Of a stretch of 48,317 nucleotides of DNA, positions 19,986 to 28,038 are shown piece by piece. The stretch comes from Sulfolobales archaeon (GTDB taxonomy: Archaea > Thermoproteota > Thermoprotei_A > Sulfolobales > AG1), in assembly GCA_038867615.1 (NCBI GenBank), contig JAWBYA010000009.1, positions 1 through 48,317 on the forward strand, read 5' to 3'. The notes below the pieces were generated by a model. That model ran no database searches and was not told the DNA's origin. It was given only the letters and a program-made list of their open reading frames with translations. Every line of letters begins with the position of its first letter. The first letter of the stretch is position 1. Made by a program: the position numbers and the translations under genes.

Positions 19986-20963
19986 CTATATAGTTACCAC
20001 CCTATGTATTCTTCTTCCAAGAGTTTCAGCTATATTATCGATCTCTGGCATGCTTGTCTTTATCGGGAACCCTCTGGAAACCCTCATTCCAGAGATCACG
20101 GTGGCTCTTGCTGTGGCTTCTATAATGCTGTGGTTCATCATCATACCACTAACGATAGATGCTAGAAAAATATCCCCACATCCTGTTGGATCTCCTCCAT
20201 CGGTCTCTATGTATGGTGGTATGTAGTACCACTCAATCTTGGTCTCACCATGCTTGTCATATTCTCTTCCATGTTCCCTGAGCACGAGGCCTAGATAGCC
20301 GCCTCCACTCCCTATAGTGTATGTTATTATATCGGCCTTGCTGGCTAGGAATGAGATTCTCTCGAGATCTTTTTTGGGATCGCTGGTATCACCGCGTATG
20401 TCATCACTGCTGAGATGCATAATTCCTATTCTTGGTAGCGTGTCTATGTTTTTCTTTATATTATCTAGGCTGCTTATCACTCTTTGATCGTTGATCTCTC
20501 TCCCATATCCCTGAAGATCTAGTGCTATGTTTTTTGTACGGGGTATTTTTCTGATATCCTCGGGCATTACTTCTTTGAATACTGGGGAGATCAGGATCCA
20601 TTGAACATCTTTAGGAATGTCGTTTGAGATGTTATCTATTTTGATCCTACATCCTGTCTTGAGAATCATTGAGGATCTACCAGCGCTTGTGTATGTATGA
20701 TGAAACGTATAGATCGAGTCACAGTTAGGGTTCGTGTCGAGTATTTCCAGATCTTGGGTCTCGTTACTAGTGCCGAGAAGCTCGGTGATCTTTTTCTTGT
20801 TATCGTTTCCTAGTGCGGTGATCACTATGGGATCGAGTCCCAGTATCTTTAGCGTTAGGCCTGAGTAGTATGCTGGTCCACCTATCTTCTCATAGATGTT
20901 ATTATCTATTTTTATAATATCTATGGTGAAGCTTGCTATCAGAGCCACTCTCTTTCTACTCAA
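19986..20963 (-). CDS. PfkB/ribokinase-family kinase
   Basis: GGPAYY N-terminal motif, LDLQG, DPTGCGDIF anion hole. Confidence 0.85.
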   Translation of the reverse strand: MSRKRVALIASFTIDIIKIDNNIYEKIGGPAYYSGLTLKILGLDPIVITALGNDNKKKITELLGTSNETQDLEILDTNPNCDSIYTFHHTYTSAGRSSMILKTGCRIKIDNISNDIPKDVQWILISPVFKEVMPEDIRKIPRTKNIALDLQGYGREINDQRVISSLDNIKKNIDTLPRIGIMHLSSDDIRGDTSDPKKDLERISFLASKADIITYTIGSGGGYLGLVLREHGREYDKHGETKIEWYYIPPYIETDGGDPTGCGDIFLASIVSGMMMNHSIIEATARATVISGMRVSRGFPIKTSMPEIDNIAETLGRRIHRVVTI

Positions 20964-21122
20964 GTTAGAGCCTCAGAGTCTATACAGCATATGAGCCTTT
21001 ATTATATGTATCATAGCTTGACGGGGATCTAAAGATGTCTATTTTTGTTGGCGAGGGATCTATAACTGTTAAGCCTGGTTTAATAGATTATTATGGCTTC
21101 TCATATCTATATTTGGGAATAG

Positions 21123-22871
21123 GTGTTGGAACAAGGTTTTGCCGAGGATCTTGTTAATAGGATGTATAGGAAACTGTTTTATCTTCCAAAGATAACGTTT
21201 CTCTCGATAATATATATTTTAGAAGGATTTGTTATAGCATTATCTGGTTCTAGTTCCTACAGAATCTCTCCACAGATCTTTGTATCAGCATTGTTTGGTC
21301 TCGCCGTGTATTTATTCCTCATATATCTATTCTTCGTAGTCGGTGGTGTTGTAGATACCGCTAAGAAATCGCTAGGAATAGCTGTTTTTTCCCTGGCCCC
21401 ATATATATTGGTTGATTTCATAGCTGCTGGTAAGGAGAGGCTGTTTCTCTCATTCTCGGCAAGCTCTGGTATGGTTTTCCTTATACACTACATATTCAAG
21501 GGGATGTTGTTTAGATCATTTGCCGTGGCTATCGTCACATCTCTGACGGCTTCCATAGCTTCCATCTATATCTTCTCACAGCTACTAGGTCAGAGTATGG
21601 GGAGGGTTATTTCACTGGCCTCGGAGGCTCAGGTGTTTATCATATCATCGCTTTCATCGATCGCGGTTTTCGCGATCTTCATAGCGATCCTCGAGCTTGG
21701 AGGCAGGGCGAGTGGTCTTAGGACATTTGAGATTGCTAGGGGTTTCCTAAGGTCATGGCTTTTTGGCGAGAACGAGACTTTAGAGAGGGCTTTCTATAGA
21801 AATGCTGTGAGAGATAGCATGAGGATCAGGGTTTTAAGCATTTATAGAGATAATGGCAAGCCTATCCATCTCATTTACCCTGGTTTTCACTATGGCCCAT
21901 TCAAGAGGGTTGGCTCGGCTGATGCTGTCTATATAATTGATAAGCATATAGAGAGCCTTGGGGCAGTGTCCCTTGTATTCCACACGATAGGGAGTCATGA
22001 GAGGAATATAGTGCTGAGGAGATCTGTTGAGAGGATAGCAGGGGATCTTGCTAGGAGGCTCTCAACCACTTTGGAAAGCAGTTCTCAAGACGGTATTGCG
22101 GGTCCTGTAAGAATATCCAGGGATTCTTGGAGCTGTTTAGCTATGGGTGGTGATAGATGTGCTGCTGTTTATATATCTAATACCGATGGTGCTGATGATC
22201 TCCCGGAGTCTGTGGAGAAAGTACTTCTCGGTGTTGAGAAGGCCAAGGGTGTTATGATCTCCGTCGCGGATTCCCATAGCAACTATGGAAGAAACAGGGT
22301 TAATGAGGATGTTATAGCAGAGATGGTTGTTGAAGCTATAGATAGGCTGAGGGACTCAAGAGGTTCTGCAATGGTTGGTTATGGCGAATACCATATGAAG
22401 GGTAGGCTCTGTAGGGGGCTGTGCAGCGGGAGAGTGAAGGCTATTGTCATTAGAAACAGTAGGGGGGATAGTGCGATTATTTATCTGTATGGTAACAATA
22501 TGTTGAAGAACGCAAGGGAGTCTATAATCAGGGCTGTGAAAAGCATGGGCTTCGCCGATGTGGAGGTTGTTACGCCGGACGATCATAGCTGTGCGGCGGA
22601 ATCTCTCGGATCAGCATATACAGCAATACACCCATGCCAGGAATTGGTAGGAGCAGTTGTAACAGCCGTCAACGAGGCGCTAAAGGATCTCAAACCGGCC
22701 AGGATAGCGTGTTCCGAGTACAGCTGGGGGGATATACCTTTCATGGGCGGGGCTGTTCAGAGCTATCTCAAGGCCTTAGAGGCATTAGGACCTTTAACGT
22801 CAAAACTATGGATCATAACTCTTGCGCTCTCAATAGCCGTTGTTGCAATAGCTGTGACGCTTATACTTTAG
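21123..22871 (+). CDS. DUF2070-family membrane protein (ceramidase-like lipid hydrolase fold)
   Basis: Several N-terminal TM helices, HYGPF, FH..SHE, DSHS, GNN, TPDDH, C-terminal TM. Confidence 0.8.
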   Translation: MLEQGFAEDLVNRMYRKLFYLPKITFLSIIYILEGFVIALSGSSSYRISPQIFVSALFGLAVYLFLIYLFFVVGGVVDTAKKSLGIAVFSLAPYILVDFIAAGKERLFLSFSASSGMVFLIHYIFKGMLFRSFAVAIVTSLTASIASIYIFSQLLGQSMGRVISLASEAQVFIISSLSSIAVFAIFIAILELGGRASGLRTFEIARGFLRSWLFGENETLERAFYRNAVRDSMRIRVLSIYRDNGKPIHLIYPGFHYGPFKRVGSADAVYIIDKHIESLGAVSLVFHTIGSHERNIVLRRSVERIAGDLARRLSTTLESSSQDGIAGPVRISRDSWSCLAMGGDRCAAVYISNTDGADDLPESVEKVLLGVEKAKGVMISVADSHSNYGRNRVNEDVIAEMVVEAIDRLRDSRGSAMVGYGEYHMKGRLCRGLCSGRVKAIVIRNSRGDSAIIYLYGNNMLKNARESIIRAVKSMGFADVEVVTPDDHSCAAESLGSAYTAIHPCQELVGAVVTAVNEALKDLKPARIACSEYSWGDIPFMGGAVQSYLKALEALGPLTSKLWIITLALSIAVVAIAVTLIL

Positions 22872-23192
22872 ACTGGCCGTGTTAGTGATAAAGATACTAT
22901 GTACCGAATACCCTAACTGTTTGTTTTTGGCACGCAATGCTCTTTCCTATATCCTCAGGATTTCAACATAGCTATAGAGGTTGGGATCTATATATGCCTA
23001 TGGCTTGACATTAGCATAGTAGAAAGAGCGTTCTCAATTATTTCTTAGGATCATTATATTAATAGGTGGTGAGAACAGCCTCTCTACGTTATACAGTGCA
23101 GTCCATTCAAATAGAGTTGGTAGAAAATAAGAATAAGTTAGAAGGCCTAATCCGCGTATATTCACTTGAGGTTTTGATATTATCTTTAGATT

Positions 23193-23273
<81 letters not shown>

Positions 23274-23581
23274 ATTGATAGTATTGTTTTTCAGGGTATA
23301 AGGTTTTTCTCCAGCAGAGGCTAGTAATGTTCCAGATAGATTGGTTTAGACAGGTCTATCGGTATGCGTAGATTATTGAGGGTTATTGTGGGGATTATTA
23401 AAGAGCAAAGGTAGAGAAAGGCTGGATAGCTTTGAATACGCTCAGCACTTGGAACAGGGCTCCTGGGGGTTAGCGAATCGTTGAAACCTAGCGATAGATT
23501 TTAGTGGTTATATAAACATTCTGACGCTAGGATCGGTTCTTGTGCTTTTTAACCCCTACGTCTATAATATAAGGGAATGTA

Positions 23582-24502
23582 TTGTCCGAATGGTCCCCAG
23601 TAATATGGTTTGATGGTGAGTTTCTTCCCTTCGAAGAGGCAAAGATACATGTTATGACATACTCTCTCCACTATGGTGTTGGGGTTTTTGAGGGCATAAG
23701 AGCTTATAGAACCTATGATGGGAGGACAGCTATATTTAAGCTTAGGGAGCATGTGAGAAGGTTTTTTGACTCAACCAAGATATATAAACTCGAGATACCT
23801 TTTTCGGAAGAGGATATTATATATGCTATAAGGGAGCTTGTGAGGAAAAGCGGATTTAGCGAGTGTTATATCAGACCCATAGCTTTTATAAATATCACAA
23901 AGCTTGGTGTGAAGCCCACCACTAGGAGGGCTTCTATAGCTATTGGACTTATTAAGTGGGATAAGTATCTGGGTAAGGCTTACTATGAAGGTGCAAGGGT
24001 TACTGTGAGCCCATGGCGCAGGATACCTCCCAACTCACTACCACTTAACGCCAAAGCTACTGGTCAGTATCTAAACAGCTATCTAGCAGCTCTTGATGCC
24101 GATATAAAGGGATACGACGAGGCGCTCCTCCTCGATACAAGGGGTTTTGTTAGCGAAGGACCTGGGGAGAATATATTTATGGTTAAGAACGGGACTGTCT
24201 ATACACCTCCGCTCTATGCATCAGTGCTTCCAGGAGTTACTAGAGAGACTGTTATAAAGATCCTCGAGGAAGAGCTTGAGATAAGGACCATTGAGAGAGA
24301 TATAGCTTTGGGAGAGCTGTTAGCAGCTGATGAGGCTTTCTTCACAGGGACAGCTGCTGAGATAACTCCTATTGTTGAGATTGACGGTGTCAAGATAGGG
24401 GGCGGTAAGCCGGGGCCTCTGACCAGAAAGATCCAGGCATTATATGATGATATAGTGAGGGGTAAGGTGGAAAGATACAGGGAATGGCTTTTCTATGTAT
24501 AG
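23582..24502 (+). CDS. ilvE: Branched-chain amino acid aminotransferase
   Basis: HYGVGVFEGIRAY, AKATGQY PLP lysine, EGPGENIF, LPGVTR, GTAAEITP. Confidence 0.95.
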   Translation: MSEWSPVIWFDGEFLPFEEAKIHVMTYSLHYGVGVFEGIRAYRTYDGRTAIFKLREHVRRFFDSTKIYKLEIPFSEEDIIYAIRELVRKSGFSECYIRPIAFINITKLGVKPTTRRASIAIGLIKWDKYLGKAYYEGARVTVSPWRRIPPNSLPLNAKATGQYLNSYLAALDADIKGYDEALLLDTRGFVSEGPGENIFMVKNGTVYTPPLYASVLPGVTRETVIKILEEELEIRTIERDIALGELLAADEAFFTGTAAEITPIVEIDGVKIGGGKPGPLTRKIQALYDDIVRGKVERYREWLFYV

Positions 24503-24547
24503 CGATATAACATGGCGATTAAGCGTAGGAGATAATATTTTTCTTAG

Positions 24548-25174
24548 CTATAATGATCGGCTGCCTTGTAAAACGCGGTGAGATGTGATTATAGATATAG
24601 CTATTACTATTATAGATGCTGCCGCCTTTATACCATCTCCTATCTGCATTCCACATATCAGCAAGATCACACCACTTATTATGAGAGTAGCTATTGACAT
24701 GCGCATGCTACTATTAGCTATAGCAATACTTGCAGCGGATAAAAAGCCGGCTGTTATTGCTGCCGTGAATATATAGAAATTATCAATGGCTACCATGATG
24801 ATCGATATTGCTAGGAGCGTCATGGCTATTGTCAGCCCTGTTAGAGAAGCGATATGGATCCTATGCATTCTCACCAGCTCCTCATAGATCTCCCTCAACC
24901 TCTCCATGGTTCTCCTTACAACGTCATATATAACCCCGTATAGCTCTTCCCTCATGCTTTCGGGTGTTTCCTGAATCCTGGTACAGACATCTCTCAGTGC
25001 CCTTAGATTCGTCACAAGGCTTTCGAGTTCTTTATATATATTATCACCACCAATACGGCTTTTAGAGCACACGTTTGATGTCAGGACATAGTCTATCTTT
25101 ATATATCTTAAGCACCCCGATCTCTCTATATATGCCAGCTCACCCACAAGGTCACGGCATATATGGCTGCTCAT
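24548..25174 (-). CDS. Hypothetical membrane protein (soluble N-terminus, about 4 C-terminal TM helices)
   Basis: 208-aa ORF with a hydrophobic C-terminal half. Confidence 0.7.
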   Translation of the reverse strand: MSSHICRDLVGELAYIERSGCLRYIKIDYVLTSNVCSKSRIGGDNIYKELESLVTNLRALRDVCTRIQETPESMREELYGVIYDVVRRTMERLREIYEELVRMHRIHIASLTGLTIAMTLLAISIIMVAIDNFYIFTAAITAGFLSAASIAIANSSMRMSIATLIISGVILLICGMQIGDGIKAAASIIVIAISIITSHRVLQGSRSL

Positions 25175-25469
25175 AGACCCTCAGATTTAGTTTCTTCTTA
25201 AGCTGAAAATATGCTTCATATAAATAAGTACACAATTAGCTATAGAGCACAAGCCGTTTGTCTCTGGGTATTGTTTAATGTTCATTTATATCCAGGGACT
25301 TCAACATCGTTCACATGGATCCAGAGTTTCCTGTTGGTTCATGGACTGTTGTTGAGCCCAACGACATGAGGCTCTCGTCTACTGTGACTCACCATCTGGA
25401 TGGCTTAAGCGTTGCCGTAGCCAGCTGTTTCTGGTTTCATGGTGGTTTATAGGGGGACATGGTGTGGTT

Positions 25470-25680
25470 TTGTTATTCTATCCCGCCCAGCAATGGGGGT
25501 GGAGATAGAGATCCTAGGGGTGGGTTAAATAAAAGCCGGGGTGTGGGGGTTTCTCTGCGGCATTGGGTTGGGGTCGAGGGTATGGGCTTCGATGAAAGGA
25601 TCCCTGGGGCCGGTGAAGCCAAGGAAAACCAGCTGATTAAAAAGAAACAGTTGCTATGGAGCCCGAATCCTTTCATCTCT
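25470..25680 (+). mobile_element. Possible degenerate IS200/IS605 tnpB 3' end / omega-RNA-like remnant
   Basis: The upstream frame reads G-D-R-D-x4-L-N (resembles the RuvC-III DRD..A..N motif), followed by a TGTGGGG..GATGAA G-rich structured tail; no intact transposase. Confidence 0.35.
25542..25625. repeat. Copy 2 of the 84-bp identical repeat
   Basis: Identical to 1..84. Confidence 0.9.
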
Positions 25681-25895
25681 ATCAAGAGTCAATATAGAGA
25701 CCAAATCATATACCTCCTACGAGTATCAAAGGAAAAACAACATAGTTCAGGCAAATGCCTTTACATCACCATCTCAGTACCGAGGGTATTCATCAGCTCC
25801 CTCTATATTATCCTCCAAGCTGTTTTATTTTTGATATATAAGGAAGGTTTATAAGCATTGTAATCAAATACCATGTGAGGTGTTTCTATGCGCCA

Positions 25896-27263
25896 ATGGA
25901 TCTAGGGGTAAGGCCCACTATAAGGGCCTCACAGAGAGAAGATCTTGTACCTGAATATTGGTATAATATACTTCCAGATCTTCCCAAACCCCTACCACCA
26001 CCCCGTCTACCAGACGGCTCAATACCGCCGAGATCCATGTTTGAGAGGCTATTTCCCAAGGCACTCGTTGATCAGGAGATAAGCTCTGAGAGGTATATCA
26101 AGATCCCCTACGAGGTTAGAGAGACTCTGATAAGGCTTGGAAGACCAACACCGCTAATAAGGGCTGTCGGGTTGGAGAGGTTTCTCAGAACACCGGCTAG
26201 GATTTATTATAAATACGAGGGCGTTCTCCCAGCCGGTAGCCATAAGATCAATACAGCGGTAGCCCAGATCTACTATAACAGGGCTGAGGGCATAGAGAGA
26301 GTTTCTACAGAAACAGGTGCTGGGCAATGGGGGTCTGCACTTGCTCTAGCAGGGGCTTTGTTTGGTGTTAAGGTCAGGGTTTTCATGGTTAGATCTAGCT
26401 ATAATCAGAAGCCCTATAGAAGGGTTCTTATGGAGCTCTATGGTGCTGAGGTAATCCCGAGCCCATCGACATTGACAAGGTTCGGGAGATCTGTTCTTGA
26501 AAAGGATCCCGATAGTCCTGGGAGTCTCGGCATAGCCATATCGGAGGCCATAGAGGATGTTCTTTCTGATGAGAGGGCTAGATATAGTCTTGGGAGTGTT
26601 CTTAACCACGTGCTTCTTCACCAAACGGTCATAGGTTTAGAGGCTAAGAAACAGCTAGAAGAGATAGGAGAGGAGGAGCCCGACTATATAGTTGGCTGTG
26701 TGGGGGGAGGTTCTAATTTCGCTGGGTTATCCTACCCATTTGTTCATGACAAGCTAAAGGGTAGATCGAAGACAAGGTTTATAGCTGTTGAGCCGAAGGC
26801 TTGTCCTTCTCTTACTAGAGGTGTATATACATATGACTATGGTGATACAGCGGGGTTGACGCCGTTGCTTAAGATGTATACTGTTGGGCATAGGTATAGA
26901 GTCCCGCCTATCCATGCAGGCGGTCTAAGATACCATGGCGATGCCCCAACCCTCTGCCTCCTTGTTGATGAGAAGGTAATAGATGCTGTTGCGTACTACC
27001 AAACGGAGGTTTTCGAGGCGGGCAGGATCTTCGCTATGAGCGAGGGCGTGGTGCCAGCGCCCGAGAGTGCGCATGCTGTGAAGGCTGTTATAGATATAGC
27101 TCTTGAGGCTAAGAGGAGGGGAGAGAAGGTTGTTATTCTCTTTAACCTGAGCGGCCACGGTCTCCTAGACCTTCAGGGCTACAAGGAATATCTGGAGGGA
27201 AGACTGCAGGATTACGAGCCGGAGGTGATAGACCTATCATACCTGCCAAAACTCAGCGAATAG
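25896..27263 (+). CDS. trpB2: Tryptophan synthase beta chain, type 2 (stand-alone TrpB2)
   Basis: [20 protein letters not shown] lysine, [30 protein letters not shown]; no trpA nearby. Confidence 0.95.
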   Translation: MDLGVRPTIRASQREDLVPEYWYNILPDLPKPLPPPRLPDGSIPPRSMFERLFPKALVDQEISSERYIKIPYEVRETLIRLGRPTPLIRAVGLERFLRTPARIYYKYEGVLPAGSHKINTAVAQIYYNRAEGIERVSTETGAGQWGSALALAGALFGVKVRVFMVRSSYNQKPYRRVLMELYGAEVIPSPSTLTRFGRSVLEKDPDSPGSLGIAISEAIEDVLSDERARYSLGSVLNHVLLHQTVIGLEAKKQLEEIGEEEPDYIVGCVGGGSNFAGLSYPFVHDKLKGRSKTRFIAVEPKACPSLTRGVYTYDYGDTAGLTPLLKMYTVGHRYRVPPIHAGGLRYHGDAPTLCLLVDEKVIDAVAYYQTEVFEAGRIFAMSEGVVPAPESAHAVKAVIDIALEAKRRGEKVVILFNLSGHGLLDLQGYKEYLEGRLQDYEPEVIDLSYLPKLSE

Positions 27264-27943
27264 CCCAAGCCGGGGTTGGTTTAAGGATTTTTTATGCCGA
27301 TCCGGGGGATCTGAAGCCTCATGAGGAGAGTATATATGATAGGATCCAGCAGGTAAGGCTCTCACTACTTAAGACAGGAGTTCTAAGAAGACCTTTGATA
27401 ATTGATGAGAAGACAGGGGTTATAATTGATGGGACTCATAGATATGAGGCTCTGAAGAGCATCGGTGTCTGTAGAGTGCCAGTAGTTGGTGTTGACTATC
27501 TATCAGAAGATGAGGTTATGATTGCTAGCTGGGTTAGAGTCTATGTTTTGAAAAAGAACCTGGATGTGGATAGCCGTAGCATCGCAGACCTATTAGCTGG
27601 GATGCGTGGGGTCGATGTGAATAGGATAGGTAGGGCCTTTGTTGTGTCTATCGATGCAGGCGATCCTCAGAAGATCTATAGGGAGATAGCTTTTCTAGAG
27701 AAAAACTCGGCTTTCATGCATAGCGTTGATCGCGTTGTGTTTCGTTCGAGGATCAACTATCTAACGCTCAGGAGAACCCCCTCGATAGCAATAATCCCTC
27801 CCCCTCTCGGTAAAGAGGATGTGGTGAAAGCAGGTCTTAGTGGAAAGCCTTTTCCACCAAAATCTACTAGGCATCTAACAATTCTTAAGAGGCTAGAGCT
27901 AAGAATACGTGTCAAGGAGCTGATGGGCGATTCATGCTCATAG
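27236..27943 (+). CDS. serK: SerK-family free L-serine kinase (ParB/Srx fold); non-canonical start proposed
   Basis: LKPHEE, IIDGTHR, VDY, conserved [15 protein letters not shown] match the SerK pattern; KPHE lies upstream of the first canonical start (27395); GGAGGTGA at 27221-27228. Confidence 0.75.
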   Translation: MIPAKTQRIAQAGVGLRIFYADPGDLKPHEESIYDRIQQVRLSLLKTGVLRRPLIIDEKTGVIIDGTHRYEALKSIGVCRVPVVGVDYLSEDEVMIASWVRVYVLKKNLDVDSRSIADLLAGMRGVDVNRIGRAFVVSIDAGDPQKIYREIAFLEKNSAFMHSVDRVVFRSRINYLTLRRTPSIAIIPPPLGKEDVVKAGLSGKPFPPKSTRHLTILKRLELRIRVKELMGDSCS

Positions 27944-28038
27944 GGATTCTCACAGAGCCCGATATTCCTAGAGGTGTTTGAGGCGATCTGTGTCTTTATT
28001 TTCCTTTATGCATTTATAGAGCTGGGTAGATAGTTGTT

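Noticed and set aside
25459-25854. 131-aa ORF across repeat copy 2
   Set aside because: Copy 1 has a stop right after the shared block and the composition is atypical; at most a remnant.
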